Position numbers and translations under genes: made by a program. DNA of 64,000 nt from Klebsiella phage KP182, in the sequence record OM337876.1, one strand, 5' to 3'. Below, piece by piece: positions 49,612 through 60,841 of this stretch. Below the pieces are notes generated by a model. The model made no database searches, was not told where the DNA came from, and saw only the letters and a program-made list of their open reading frames with translations. Numbering within the stretch: position 1 is the first letter of the stretch; each line of letters opens with the position of its first letter.

Positions 49612-50243
49612 GACATAATCTTAAAGAATTCTTTAAGCCCCTTAATTACATGAATGTGAGAAATTCCGCATTCACAAGTAATGGGAACTGCTAATTGAAC
49701 CTGCGGCTTCAATAGCATATTTTTGATGTTAACTACATCTTCGGTTGTAATAGCAGAATATAAATCATCGATTTCTGCATCGTTTAAATCATTAAAGTAA
49801 ATCTGCTCATTTCCAACCACGATATAATCTATGCATTTTGATATCATCATTGGAATGTCTGAATCGTCAAAAAGACTCGGATACTTGAACTTTATTTTAA
49901 ATCCCTTTAAGTCATACCAGAGGTCTTCTGGAGGATCGATTTGTGCGTGTGTATAATTTAATGGCACAGGAATTTTACGCCCACAGGTGCAATTCCAGGT
50001 CACCTCATGATTAACCTCGCCTATACTATGCGCCCAAAGTATAACTATAAGTAATTCCGATTCCTGTTTGTTTAATTCAGTGGCATTAGTGCATTCTCTG
50101 AGCAATGCTTTAATGCATTCATCGATTGTGCCGTTTTTCTTCGCTGCAATTAAATTAGCGTATTCTTCTAGTGTAAAAGCTCGGCACTGGATATTCTTGC
50201 CATTTATTCTTGTTTCAAATTTATATGTGATGTTCATATCCAC
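49608..50243 (-). CDS. 26: gp26 baseplate hub
   Basis: 211 aa; position. Confidence 0.7.
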   Translation of the reverse strand: MDMNITYKFETRINGKNIQCRAFTLEEYANLIAAKKNGTIDECIKALLRECTNATELNKQESELLIVILWAHSIGEVNHEVTWNCTCGRKIPVPLNYTHAQIDPPEDLWYDLKGFKIKFKYPSLFDDSDIPMMISKCIDYIVVGNEQIYFNDLNDAEIDDLYSAITTEDVVNIKNMLLKPQVQLAVPITCECGISHIHVIKGLKEFFKIMS

Positions 50244-50257
50244 TCCTCTTATTCAAT

Positions 50258-50269
50258 TATTTATAAATA
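50258..50269. promoter_or_regulatory. palindromic bidirectional late promoter (TATTTATAAATA) between genes 26 and 51
   Basis: TATAAATA readable on both strands from an overlapping palindrome. Confidence 0.5.
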
Positions 50270-50288
50270 GTATAAAGAGGATTACCTT

Positions 50289-51047
50289 ATGGCCAACATA
50301 GTTAGATGCGAATTACCAGATGGTGTCCAACGTTTTAAGCCATTTACCGTAGAAGATTATAGAGACCTTTTATTGGTTAGAAACGACATGAACACCAAGT
50401 CTGAAGAAGAACAAAAACAACTTATAGCAGAATTAATGGATGATTATTTTCATGACCATCCTGCCGAGTATCGTCCTTATATATTTCTTAAGGTATTTCT
50501 TTCAAGTATTGGTAAAACCAAAATACCTGTCAGAATGAAGTGCCCAAAATGCGGAAAATATAAGCAGTATCTTTTTAATCTTAACCAACCTCCATTGGTA
50601 AATCCAAAAGTAGAGGTTGCTGGATTAACGCTCAAGTTCAAAAAACCCATAGAAATAATTGACGATACAGGTAAAATGATTTTAGACAACATTATATCTG
50701 TGAAGGATTCATCTGGGGAATACGCGTGGAATGAATTGAGCGATAGCAATAAATTGACCGTTATCGATGCTATAGATGTTGAAACTTTGGAAAAGATTTT
50801 ATCGCAGATGAAGCCCTTTAATTTTGAATTAAAAACATCATGCTGTGATACCACGACAATATTAAAATATGATAACATTGTCGATATTTTTAAGCTATTG
50901 CTACATCCTGACGAGATTTTCACATTTTATCAGATTAACCATAGATTGGTTTCTCAAGGTAAATACGATTTGAATTCTATAATGAAAATGCTGCCTATAG
51001 AACGTGGCATAACCTTATCGCTTATTGAAAAGGACCTTAAATCATGA
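50289..51047 (+). CDS. 51: gp51 baseplate hub assembly catalyst
   Basis: 252 aa; position. Confidence 0.7.
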   Translation: MANIVRCELPDGVQRFKPFTVEDYRDLLLVRNDMNTKSEEEQKQLIAELMDDYFHDHPAEYRPYIFLKVFLSSIGKTKIPVRMKCPKCGKYKQYLFNLNQPPLVNPKVEVAGLTLKFKKPIEIIDDTGKMILDNIISVKDSSGEYAWNELSDSNKLTVIDAIDVETLEKILSQMKPFNFELKTSCCDTTTILKYDNIVDIFKLLLHPDEIFTFYQINHRLVSQGKYDLNSIMKMLPIERGITLSLIEKDLKS

Positions 51048-52186
51048 CAGCACAAAGATTAGGATATCCTAATATAAGCATAAAATTATATTCTGGATAT
51101 GATGCGTGGCTAGCTAATAGATTCGTTGAATTAGCAGCTACATTTATTACATTAACAATGAGAGATTCATTACGCGGGACTAATGAAGGTCTACTTCAGT
51201 TTTATGATTCGAAAAATATGCACACGCGTATGAACGGTGATGAACTGGTTCAAATATCTGTTGCAAATAGCAACACATCAAGAACGCAAACTCGAATTTA
51301 CGGAATTAAACACTTTACAGTTGGTGTTGATGATAAAGGTGATAGCATTATCACCCTTCAGCTTGGAACGCTGCATGACATAATGAATCTCAAGTTCAGT
51401 AGAGCGTTTTTTAGTTCTGCATATGAAACTATAAAAGAAATGATAGGCGCGATGTATGTTGACCAACCATTGATTGCTCCTCCTATCAACGGAATTAACG
51501 CTTACGTCCCACGAGTTCCATGGACTAGTACTCTCAAAGATTACTTACGATATGTTAGAAACGTAGGCATTTCTACTGATAACGACCAATTTATTTTTGC
51601 CTGGGAAGATATCACTGGGATTAACATGATGGATTATGAATCAATGATATCCCAGAACCCAAATGTATTCATGTTTGGAGCTCCTCAAACAATAGGTCAG
51701 TTTGCAGCAGGATTAAAATATCCATTGGCATGGGATTTTGAATGGCTTGTTAAGTCAAATAGATATAATAGAAATCCCATGAAAAACGCAACATTTTATG
51801 CACACTCGTTTGTGGACAAAGATGTTACCCGAATTATTAATGGAGAAGGCCAAAACAGCGTATTCATTAATAGGTCAGGCGGATATTCTGACATGATTTT
51901 TAGAAATGGCTATGAAGAAGCACTACGCATTTCTACGATGGCTCAATATGACGGGTATGCTCAAACTAAATGTTACGGTAATTTTGAACTAACTCCTGGA
52001 ATGAAAATCAATTTTGTTGATTTAAAGGACCAGTTCAGAACTGACTTTTATATAGATGAAGTTATCCATGAAATATCAAATAACACATCTATAACTAACT
52101 TATATATGTTCACAAATGGCTCTGCCCTTGAACCTGTAGATTTGATTAAGGTGAAAAATGAACTTAAACGTGATTCTTCCTATTAA
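51044..52186 (+). CDS. 27: gp27 baseplate hub
   Basis: 380 aa. Confidence 0.85.
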   Translation: MTAQRLGYPNISIKLYSGYDAWLANRFVELAATFITLTMRDSLRGTNEGLLQFYDSKNMHTRMNGDELVQISVANSNTSRTQTRIYGIKHFTVGVDDKGDSIITLQLGTLHDIMNLKFSRAFFSSAYETIKEMIGAMYVDQPLIAPPINGINAYVPRVPWTSTLKDYLRYVRNVGISTDNDQFIFAWEDITGINMMDYESMISQNPNVFMFGAPQTIGQFAAGLKYPLAWDFEWLVKSNRYNRNPMKNATFYAHSFVDKDVTRIINGEGQNSVFINRSGGYSDMIFRNGYEEALRISTMAQYDGYAQTKCYGNFELTPGMKINFVDLKDQFRTDFYIDEVIHEISNNTSITNLYMFTNGSALEPVDLIKVKNELKRDSSY

Positions 52187-52685
52187 GAAAATAGTAATAA
52201 ACGAAAAGACGATATCAATTCCAAAACTTGGATTAAAGCACCATAATCTGATGAAAGATGTTAAGGGACCAGACGAAAACATGAATCTTCTTTTAGATTC
52301 AATTTGTCCAGGATTAACTGCAGCCGAATCCGATATCGTTGTACTACATTTATTAGCATTTAACAACCGAATAAAAGAAACCGTTGTTAAAGATGATTTT
52401 ACCTACGATTTGAATAAAGTTTACATTTGCCAACGATTAACTCAGCGGTTAGATGGTAAAGAATTCAAATTCAGAGCTCCTCCTCGTTATTCCAAACTAG
52501 GTTCAGTAGATTCAATTTTGAGCGAATTTCTTGAATCAGTAGATGGAAAACCAATGGATATAAACTTTATGAAGCTTCCAGCTTTTGTAACAAAGTGGGC
52601 TGATGACTTAGTAAACACTATAGCCATTGATGGACCTGAAGGACCAATCAAAGGCATGCTTAACGTAATGGAAATATTTGAATGA
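52158..52685 (+). CDS. 28: gp28 baseplate hub distal
   Basis: 175 aa. Confidence 0.7.
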   Translation: MNLNVILPIKKIVINEKTISIPKLGLKHHNLMKDVKGPDENMNLLLDSICPGLTAAESDIVVLHLLAFNNRIKETVVKDDFTYDLNKVYICQRLTQRLDGKEFKFRAPPRYSKLGSVDSILSEFLESVDGKPMDINFMKLPAFVTKWADDLVNTIAIDGPEGPIKGMLNVMEIFE

Positions 52686-54415
52686 CTAAGAAATCAGAAA
52701 TGAATTCAATGCGTAGAAGAGTTATTGCTGACTCGGCTCCACAGAAAAAGGCTGAGTCTCAAGCTGATGCTCAGATTAATACGCTAGAAGATATTGGTCG
52801 TCGCTTAGACGACCAACAAGCGTCTACTGATTTGATTTCGGATGTAATAGAAACTAAATCAAACGAAATTATCAAATCAGTAGAAGATGTTTCAGCTGGT
52901 GTTGAATTAACTGCTGAAGCTTCAGAACGCACAACAGATGCTGTCTCGAAACTAAATGATACAGCATCGTTAATTAATGATAAGCTCACGAAACTTGCCG
53001 ACTTGTTATCTAAAAAGCATGATGTTCAGCAAGATGTCCAAAAGACTGGTACTGGAACATCGTTAGAAACAATAACGGAACAAGTACCTGATGCTCCGGT
53101 TCAGCAGCCGCTAGAGGAATTACTCGAAAGGCTTATTCCTCCACAGGATGATAGACGTCCTGACGCGGATTTCTTTCCTAACACAGAAGAGCAAGAGGAA
53201 AGAAAAGAACCTAACAAAGAAACTGAAGATAAGAATAAAAAGTTTCTTGACCTAAAATTTGGAGAATTAATTAAAAGCGTTAAATCTGGTTTTGGAAAAA
53301 CTATTTCATTAACAGATAAGATTAGCAGCATGCTATTTAGCTATACTGTTAGCGCTTTGGCTCAAATGGCGAAAACTGCCGCCATGGTTTTGGGCGTGAT
53401 AATGCTTATAGATTTAATTAAAGTTCATTTTAATTATTGGACTAAACTGTTCGAAAAGAACTTTGTTGAATTTAACAAGCAAGCCAAAGAATGGGGTCCG
53501 CTATTAACAGCAATAAGCGAGATGTCGAATGAAATAGTAAAATCATTCGTCAAAGGGGATTGGGGCGGATTAGCTAAAGCCATAGGTTCTGGATTGGTTG
53601 ATGTAATTGACAAGCTCGGAGAAACTATTATGCTCGGAATGAGTAAGCTTCTTGCTGGAATGTTACGCGCATTAGGATTTAACGATTCGGCAGATAACAT
53701 TGAAGGCGCTGCTTTAGACAGATTTCAAACTGTTACTGGGGCAGAACTAGATGAAGAAGATGCTAAAATGAGAGCAAAATATGTTGACCGTCAAGAAAGA
53801 GAATATGACGAACAACCTGAATGGAAAAGAAAGCTTTCTGCTAAATTCCAAAAATTCACCGGTCAGATTGATGACGATGAATATAATAAACTGCTGAGCG
53901 GAGAGAAAAAGCAGTCAGCGTATGCAGACTTGCCAGAAGACGAACGCCTCAAAATCATCACAGCTCGTAATAATGCTGAGGCAGAACTCAAGCGTACAAA
54001 AGCATATGTTGAAAAAACTGACGCATCTGATTCCACTCGATTAGACTCTGCTAAGGATGCAGTACAAAGCACAACCACCAGATATAAAGAATTGGAGAAA
54101 TTATCTCCAGAGGTTGCAAAAGATTTAAAAGTTGAATTAGACCAATTGCAAAAACTCCTTGATTCTAAAATATCAGAACCTGCTCCAACTGCCGAAGCTA
54201 TACCTGCAACAGAACAACCTGAGGTTAAACAGTCTGCTTCTATTAAAGCCGCTGCGGATAGTCGTGAAGCTGCTCGTACACGTGAATTTAGTACACAGCC
54301 GCAACCTATTCAGGTTAATACTGCTGTAAATAAGAATAGCACATACGTTTATAGAACGCCTCCACAGACTTCAACAGCTGCTCCTGGAATGCAAGGCGCT
54401 ATGAAAACCTCTTAA
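52682..54415 (+). CDS. 29: gp29 tail tube tape-measure / hub
   Basis: 577 aa, extended helical, low complexity. Confidence 0.8.
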   Translation: MTKKSEMNSMRRRVIADSAPQKKAESQADAQINTLEDIGRRLDDQQASTDLISDVIETKSNEIIKSVEDVSAGVELTAEASERTTDAVSKLNDTASLINDKLTKLADLLSKKHDVQQDVQKTGTGTSLETITEQVPDAPVQQPLEELLERLIPPQDDRRPDADFFPNTEEQEERKEPNKETEDKNKKFLDLKFGELIKSVKSGFGKTISLTDKISSMLFSYTVSALAQMAKTAAMVLGVIMLIDLIKVHFNYWTKLFEKNFVEFNKQAKEWGPLLTAISEMSNEIVKSFVKGDWGGLAKAIGSGLVDVIDKLGETIMLGMSKLLAGMLRALGFNDSADNIEGAALDRFQTVTGAELDEEDAKMRAKYVDRQEREYDEQPEWKRKLSAKFQKFTGQIDDDEYNKLLSGEKKQSAYADLPEDERLKIITARNNAEAELKRTKAYVEKTDASDSTRLDSAKDAVQSTTTRYKELEKLSPEVAKDLKVELDQLQKLLDSKISEPAPTAEAIPATEQPEVKQSASIKAAADSREAARTREFSTQPQPIQVNTAVNKNSTYVYRTPPQTSTAAPGMQGAMKTS

Positions 54416-54424
54416 GGAAAAACA

Positions 54425-55477
54425 ATGATTTTTGAAGAACTGGCCGATGGCCTTGAAAACATCAAAAAATCAGGAACCCGAATTTCCTCAGGTAAATCTA
54501 AACTGACGAATGCGCCTACCACTAAGGTGGCGCAGTTTCCGGCTGAGCGTTCGGCCGGAAACGATTCCGCGCAAGATATGAGAGTACATGACTTGTATCG
54601 TAACGGATTATTATTCACAGCGTATGATTTTAAAGGAAGAACTACTCCTGATTTGCGTTCATTTAGACGAGATGTAATGTTATCGTCTGTATTCGATTCA
54701 CCAATGTCAGCACTGGCTAATTCATCAAGTTCTACTACAAGTACTGCGCCGGTAGCTAATATTCTATTACCACGGTCTAAGTCAGACGTTGATTCGGTTA
54801 GCCATAAATTTAATGATGTTGGTGATTCTCTTGTTACTCGCGGCAGCGGTACTGCTACCGGTGTATTAAGCAACGTCGCTTCTACTGCTGTGTTTGGGTC
54901 GATAGAGTCTTTAACGCAGGGATTAATGGCTGATAATGGTGAACAGATTTATAACACAGCTCGTAGTATGTATGCCGGGCCTGACAACAGAACGAAAGTG
55001 TTTACTTGGGATTTAACTCCTAGGTCTGCTGATGACCTTATACAAATTATTCGCATCTATGAAATTTTTAATTACTATTCTTACGGTGTGACGGGGAATT
55101 CATCATATGCAAAAGAAGTTAAAGCTGCTATTGATGAATGGTATAAAGGAACACTTAAATCGGCAGCACCAGAAGGAGCTAAAGTAGAAAACACTGTGTT
55201 TGAGCAAATAACATCGTTTTTAAGCAATGTTATTGTAGTTTCTAACCCAACGATTTGGACTGTTCGTAATTTTGGGTATTCTACATCAATGGATGGTAGA
55301 GAGGATATATTTGGTCCATGCCAAATTCAGAGTATCCGTTTTGATAAAACGCCTAACGGCCATTTTAATGGGTTAGCAATCGCTCCTAATCTTCCAAGCA
55401 CATTTACGCTTGAAATTACTATGCGTGAAATACTTACTCTTAATAGAGGTAACGTTTATATCGGAGGTATTGAATAA
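54425..55477 (+). CDS. 48: gp48 baseplate tail-tube cap
   Basis: 350 aa. Confidence 0.8.
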   Translation: MIFEELADGLENIKKSGTRISSGKSKLTNAPTTKVAQFPAERSAGNDSAQDMRVHDLYRNGLLFTAYDFKGRTTPDLRSFRRDVMLSSVFDSPMSALANSSSSTTSTAPVANILLPRSKSDVDSVSHKFNDVGDSLVTRGSGTATGVLSNVASTAVFGSIESLTQGLMADNGEQIYNTARSMYAGPDNRTKVFTWDLTPRSADDLIQIIRIYEIFNYYSYGVTGNSSYAKEVKAAIDEWYKGTLKSAAPEGAKVENTVFEQITSFLSNVIVVSNPTIWTVRNFGYSTSMDGREDIFGPCQIQSIRFDKTPNGHFNGLAIAPNLPSTFTLEITMREILTLNRGNVYIGGIE

Positions 55478-56403
55478 TGTTTACTCTCGAAGAATTTAAG
55501 AGTCAAGCGGCTGATATCGATTTCCAGAGAACTAATATGTTCTCTGTTGTATTCGCTACTGTACCCTCTAGTAAAACCCAGGCTCTTCTAAACGACTTTG
55601 GCGGAGAGCTGTATAATAATATGGGTTTAGATGGAAATTGGCTTGGATTGACCCCAGGTGAATTCAATCAGGGTATAACAACCATAGTGACACAAGGAAC
55701 TCGACAAGTTGTTCGCAAATCAGGTGTGAATACATTCATGATTGGCGCAATGACTCAACGCGTTGTACAGTCGTTGTTAGGTGAATTTACAGTAGGTACT
55801 TATCTGCTTGATTTCTTTAACATGGCATTTCCGACAGCAGGCTTGATGGTGTATTCTGCTAAAATACCAGAGAATAGACTGTCATATGAAATGGATAAGT
55901 TCCATAACGCTCCTAACATAAAAATCACTGGAAGAGATATGGAGCCGTTGGTTCTTTCATTTAGGATGGACCCAGAAGCAAGCAACTATAGAGCAATGCA
56001 AGATTGGGTAAATGCAGTTGAAGACCCGGTGACTGGTCTGCGAGGATTGCCACAAGACGTAGAATGTGATATCCAAGTTAACCTTCATGCTAGAAATGGA
56101 TTACCACATACTGTATGCCTGTTCTCAGGGGCTATGCCTGTAGCATGTGGAGCTCCTGAATTTACATATGATGGAGAAAATACTATAGCAGTGTTTGATG
56201 TCACGTTTGCTTATCGCAGCATGCAAACAGGTTCAGTCGGAAAACAAGCCGCAATGGACTGGTTAGAAGATAAAACTATTCAGAAAATTGAGACGATTAA
56301 TCCAAATCAGGGCTTGAGCGCGTCTGCTTCAAGATTGTCTCGTTTAGGCGGGGCTGGTGGTGGAATTTCTAATATCACTACTTCAACAAGCAGAATAATT
56401 TAG
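55477..56403 (+). CDS. 54: gp54 baseplate tail-tube initiator
   Basis: 308 aa. Confidence 0.8.
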   Translation: MFTLEEFKSQAADIDFQRTNMFSVVFATVPSSKTQALLNDFGGELYNNMGLDGNWLGLTPGEFNQGITTIVTQGTRQVVRKSGVNTFMIGAMTQRVVQSLLGEFTVGTYLLDFFNMAFPTAGLMVYSAKIPENRLSYEMDKFHNAPNIKITGRDMEPLVLSFRMDPEASNYRAMQDWVNAVEDPVTGLRGLPQDVECDIQVNLHARNGLPHTVCLFSGAMPVACGAPEFTYDGENTIAVFDVTFAYRSMQTGSVGKQAAMDWLEDKTIQKIETINPNQGLSASASRLSRLGGAGGGISNITTSTSRII

Positions 56404-56426
56404 GGGCCGTAAGGCCCCTTTGTTTT
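56403..56426 (+). terminator. terminator GGGGCC-gtaa-GGCCCC + T-run
   Basis: seen in sequence after gene 54. Confidence 0.65.
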
Positions 56427-56703
56427 ATGCAATGCAGCCAATAAACCCTGGCTCAGTACGAAGAAGTTTCATTTCTTCAGTAGTCCAAACTACCTTAACA
56501 GGAATAATACCTTCTGCTTTACCGTTAAGAACCGCTTCAACAAACGATGGTTCAGTTGGCTTACGGAATATATCTTGAATAAGAACCGTCGGAGTACCTT
56601 CGTTAAACCCTTCAAGCATGATAAGAACTTCTTCATTGAACTTCTCTGCATCTTTAACATCAGCAGACCATTCAATACCGTTAAAGCGGAATACATGTTT
56701 CAT
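56425..56703 (-). CDS. hypothetical protein (alt.-1 position)
   Basis: 92 aa ORF downstream of alt. Confidence 0.4.
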   Translation of the reverse strand: MKHVFRFNGIEWSADVKDAEKFNEEVLIMLEGFNEGTPTVLIQDIFRKPTEPSFVEAVLNGKAEGIIPVKVVWTTEEMKLLRTEPGFIGCIA

Positions 56704-56766
56704 ATCAATTTCCTCATTGGTTTGTGTAAGTCTATAGTATCACGTCCTTGTGATAAGTAAACAACT

Positions 56767-58893
56767 TTATGCAAGTTTTTCTGGGATACCATCCAGGTTG
56801 ATAGCACCAGCCAGTAGCTCCATGGTGCGTGTGTAGCTAACCTTATCTGTGGAACGGTCTGGCGAAAAGTAAATCTCATTTAAAAAGCCTTTGAACTTGC
56901 TTTCTTCAAGAGGTTCCACTTTTCCTTGTTCCATCAAGATGTCACCATCATAGAGATGAACGGATTCATCGATTTGCTCTGGAGGAACTACCGTCATTTC
57001 TACCATGAATGTCTTGTTATTCGCTACACCAACTCCATTTCTAAAAGGAGTTCCCCATACTTTGTTGACTTTCATTGCCAACCCGCGAGGAAGAATAACT
57101 TCAGCCTCATCGCTAAAGCTTGACAAGACACCCGGGATAACTACCTTAACTTTATCGGCCCCATGAATAACGAATCCAAACTTAAACTCATCGCCATAGG
57201 CAACTTCCTCGCCTCTATCAACTCTTTCCAAGTTGTCTGTTCCAATAACGGAAGATACTGCATCAATAGTTGTTTCTTTGTTTTCTAAATCAGAGCTAGG
57301 AGCATCTGGCATTAATGAATCACCAGCATTTGAATAAGCACCAAAGATAATTGGACTTAACGAAGTAGAAACATAGTTCTGGAAATAAAACATTTTAGAC
57401 TCAATGTTATCTTTAAAGTCTTCATATTTTCCGCGCTGACCACGATACAAAAGAGTGCCCGATTCAAGACGCAAACCTTTTTCAAAGGCAGAATCGAGCG
57501 GACGAATTTTCTTGTCAATAATTGGATCGCCTAAGCTTTCCATACCAATAAGATAATTATTAACAAATGAATAACCAGAACCGCAGTAATGGTGTATTGC
57601 ATCTCTTTCTTCTTCGCTTAAACGAGATTGCATTTCACGGTTATATTCAATTGCTTTGGATATAGAATCGCCAACAATTGACACATAAGCTGATATCATA
57701 TAATTGACAAGATTTTGGTATTGACGTAAAGCTCCGAAATCGTCAGCTGGAGGCATATCAAATCCACGAGTAGCTACTTCAACGATTTTACGCAACGTTT
57801 CCATAGATGCAGGATTTTTAGCCTGTTCAATAACATCAGCAACGTCTGAAATTCGCTGTTCAGCGATTTTCATTTTGTCTGAGCCAGCAGGAATGAAAAC
57901 TTTCCAGTCGTCATGCATTCTAGACATTTGGCCTATGAATAATCTTTCAACTGCATCGCCAAAATTACTTCCATACCCACCACGAACTCGATAGTGCTTA
58001 ATATCATCAACATAAAAAGGAATTGATTTTTCTAATCCGGCTTTGATATCTTTTTGGAGGTCTACCGTATCGCCTTCTGCGTTTAGTACTGGAGTGTTAG
58101 TAGTTAATTCGTACCAACGTTCGCGTTTATTTTCTGGCCAATCCTCATCAACATATGAAACGAATTTGCCGTATTGTGCTCGGATTAAATCCTTTCGAGA
58201 CACTTTCATTTTACTCATTACAGCGAGTTCAGATTTCTTGTCTTCTTTTTCGCCAATGGAGTTTGCCAATGCTTCGGCTTTGGTAACGCTTTCGCCGGTT
58301 TCTTTAGACACATAAATTTCACCTACTTTGGATTCAACCTTTGTGTATAACTCATCTGAAATTTCAGGAATTCCTTCAATCTCTTCAAGCTTCTTACCCT
58401 TGCGAACCATAATGGAATAAGCATACTTACCTTTATAGTAAGCCATGTCTTTCATTAGATTGAACCGACCACCGGTGCGAGTAGTAATCAACCGAGCAAG
58501 AATGCGTTGAATAGCTTTATCCTGTCCTTGCATTTTCTTCGGATTAAAGCGGAACATCACTGCATCAGCTTTAATTTGTTTAACTACTTTGTTGACAGTT
58601 TCAAAAATGGTATTGATAGCACCAATCGGGTCATGACCTAAGCCACCCTTAAGAGCACCAATGTTACCTTTCTCTGATACAGAGAACACATAAACCTGAA
58701 TGAATTTATCACCCATTTTGATGTTCTTAACTGCATCACCTTGACCTGACCCGTGTACTAAGCGAATCATTAAATTGTTATTGCCTGGTACCTTAATCAG
58801 AAATACCTGAGGCACCTTTAGTTTTGGTTTAACGTTCTCGACAGGATAGATTTTGCTATTCTCTTCATCGAAAACTTCATTTAAAAGTTCCAT
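56767..58893 (-). CDS. alt: Alt ADP-ribosyltransferase
   Basis: 708 aa; R-S-E ART motifs (YRGQRGK, YVSTSL, EAEVILP) in C-terminal half; T4 position between 54 and 30. Confidence 0.8.
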   Translation of the reverse strand: MELLNEVFDEENSKIYPVENVKPKLKVPQVFLIKVPGNNNLMIRLVHGSGQGDAVKNIKMGDKFIQVYVFSVSEKGNIGALKGGLGHDPIGAINTIFETVNKVVKQIKADAVMFRFNPKKMQGQDKAIQRILARLITTRTGGRFNLMKDMAYYKGKYAYSIMVRKGKKLEEIEGIPEISDELYTKVESKVGEIYVSKETGESVTKAEALANSIGEKEDKKSELAVMSKMKVSRKDLIRAQYGKFVSYVDEDWPENKRERWYELTTNTPVLNAEGDTVDLQKDIKAGLEKSIPFYVDDIKHYRVRGGYGSNFGDAVERLFIGQMSRMHDDWKVFIPAGSDKMKIAEQRISDVADVIEQAKNPASMETLRKIVEVATRGFDMPPADDFGALRQYQNLVNYMISAYVSIVGDSISKAIEYNREMQSRLSEEERDAIHHYCGSGYSFVNNYLIGMESLGDPIIDKKIRPLDSAFEKGLRLESGTLLYRGQRGKYEDFKDNIESKMFYFQNYVSTSLSPIIFGAYSNAGDSLMPDAPSSDLENKETTIDAVSSVIGTDNLERVDRGEEVAYGDEFKFGFVIHGADKVKVVIPGVLSSFSDEAEVILPRGLAMKVNKVWGTPFRNGVGVANNKTFMVEMTVVPPEQIDESVHLYDGDILMEQGKVEPLEESKFKGFLNEIYFSPDRSTDKVSYTRTMELLAGAINLDGIPEKLA

Positions 58894-58924
58894 GACATAT
58901 CCTCGTTTGTTTATTCTATTTATA

Positions 58925-58944
58925 CGAAAAAAGGCCCGAAGGCC
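58925..58944 (-). terminator. hairpin AGGCC-cgaa-GGCCT with A6/T6 flanks (possibly bidirectional)
   Basis: seen in sequence. Confidence 0.5.
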
Positions 58945-58949
58945 TTTAA

Positions 58950-59126
58950 TTAATTATTGTGGCAGTACGCCAAACCTGTAATCCATTTACAGACTCATAC
59001 TCTTCAATGTTTTCTTTGAAGTTTTTGAATACATCGATATTATCAAAATCAAGAACTTCGGTATGGACGGAAATACCTCCTCGCCCATCATCGGTTTTAG
59101 CAATTACTTCATATAGAACTTTCATT
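58950..59126 (-). CDS. small hypothetical protein (58 aa)
   Basis: own translation MKVLYEVIAKTDDGRGGISVHTEVLDF...; ATGA coupling with ligase stop. Confidence 0.3.
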
Positions 59127-60594
59127 TTATTCCTGTTGCCTCTGTAAAGTCAACACCAAATGCAGCTTCAAATGTATTAGCAACTTCTTTATCATATCTG
59201 CGTTGTTTAATGATAGGTAAGAATAATCCTACTGTACCATCATCACGGCCTTCAGCAGTTACCCAACCATTACATTCAAGTTCCCAGATAGTTCCTGGAA
59301 GAGAATCTCTAATTTTCCATAGATGAGTACGGTCAAGCTCGTGCAGTTCTTCGGGCTTATCTTTAAGACCTGACCCAGCGTTAACACGAATACGACCACA
59401 TTCTGATACGAACATTAAGCCGCCCATTTTACCAGGTTGTTTCCTATGCTCGTATGAACCGACACATTTCAAATCTACGGTGATAACCTCTTTAAATTTG
59501 ACAAGGTTCTTAGAACGCTTATCTTCCCAATAAGCACCGATATTCTTAAGGATAATACCTTCGAGACCTTGGTCTACATATGTCTTATAGATAGCACGAG
59601 CTTCATGGATGTCGTGTACGACATGATTTTCAATTAGAATAATCTTGTCATAGCCTTTGCTCATCATTTCCAGTGCACGGAAGCGTACATCATAAGCAAA
59701 TCCAGGAACTTTACCTTCGGAGTATACTACATCAAGCGGAACATAATCCCAAACTTGGAATCTCATACCTTCTGCTTCTTCGGCAGAGATTGTTCCTTTA
59801 ATGGCCTTATTAGCTAAGCCGTTTGATTCTGTACGAGCCGTCTGTTGGAATTCCTTAGCTTTACTTAGCTCAGGAAGCTCAGGCTCTTTAAACATATCAA
59901 ACAGGTCGTTTTCTTCTTCTTTCACTTCGACATGATATACCAACTCGCCATCAATCATCACACCATTAGGATGGCGTTCTCGGGCTTCTTTGGTCATCTC
60001 GATAAGTTGACGCTTAAGTTTATCTAGACCCAGGTATTCATTACCGGAACGAGTAAGAAGAGTTACATCATCTAATTCATCTCCGCGGATTTCGGCGAAG
60101 CATCGAGCTCCATCAGCTTTAAGCTGAGCAAACGCAGGGAACTTAATATACGATAGCGCTTTCTCAGAATAAGCTGATGCTAACATCTGTGGCATCTCAG
60201 GAATTAACTTCTTCCATACCTTATTAGCAATAGAACCTGAAGCGCCGCAACGCATATCCTTAAGAAGTACACGGACCAGTACACTAGCATCACCCTCGTT
60301 CATCTTAGAGAGCAAATCTACTAGCCCCTGGATTGCCATATTACCAGTAAGTACTCGTGCTGCCAGAATGTCTTGGAGGTAATCTAGACCATCAGAAAAC
60401 GTCTTTGAAGGAACATTTGGATATTTAACGGGAGTATATTCTGGAACTTTCTTAATAAAGAATTTAAATCGCCCGGAATACGCCAGCAGATAAGCTCGTT
60501 TTAAATCAACGTTATCTTTATTGTCAATGAGAATTTGGGTTTTAGCTTTAGAACCCTTAGCATCTTCAATTGCTTTGATGATATCAAAAATCAT
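59122..60594 (-). CDS. 30: ATP-dependent DNA ligase
   Basis: motif I KADGAR; 490 aa; T4 position. Confidence 0.9.
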   Translation of the reverse strand: MIFDIIKAIEDAKGSKAKTQILIDNKDNVDLKRAYLLAYSGRFKFFIKKVPEYTPVKYPNVPSKTFSDGLDYLQDILAARVLTGNMAIQGLVDLLSKMNEGDASVLVRVLLKDMRCGASGSIANKVWKKLIPEMPQMLASAYSEKALSYIKFPAFAQLKADGARCFAEIRGDELDDVTLLTRSGNEYLGLDKLKRQLIEMTKEARERHPNGVMIDGELVYHVEVKEEENDLFDMFKEPELPELSKAKEFQQTARTESNGLANKAIKGTISAEEAEGMRFQVWDYVPLDVVYSEGKVPGFAYDVRFRALEMMSKGYDKIILIENHVVHDIHEARAIYKTYVDQGLEGIILKNIGAYWEDKRSKNLVKFKEVITVDLKCVGSYEHRKQPGKMGGLMFVSECGRIRVNAGSGLKDKPEELHELDRTHLWKIRDSLPGTIWELECNGWVTAEGRDDGTVGLFLPIIKQRRYDKEVANTFEAAFGVDFTEATGIK

Positions 60595-60800
60595 TATTCA
60601 CCTAATTCTTTTGAAAGTTCGCTTACGCTACGATGATAAGTTAATCCATCGATATAAACAAACCCGTTATTGATGCATTCATTCCAAATCGGACACGACT
60701 TTGCTTCACGCCAAATTGGATTCCAACGATAAAACTGATTAACATGGCAATAATCACATGATAACCAGCGTTTACCAACCTTAGTATGAACTACAAACAT
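60594..60800 (-). CDS. small Cys/His-rich protein (possible zinc ribbon)
   Basis: CDYCH...CPIWNEC; start trimmed to internal Met. Confidence 0.3.
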   Translation of the reverse strand: MFVVHTKVGKRWLSCDYCHVNQFYRWNPIWREAKSCPIWNECINNGFVYIDGLTYHRSVSELSKELGE

Positions 60801-60841
60801 ATTTCCTCCTAGGGTATGGCTATTATACCATACCCAGTGTG

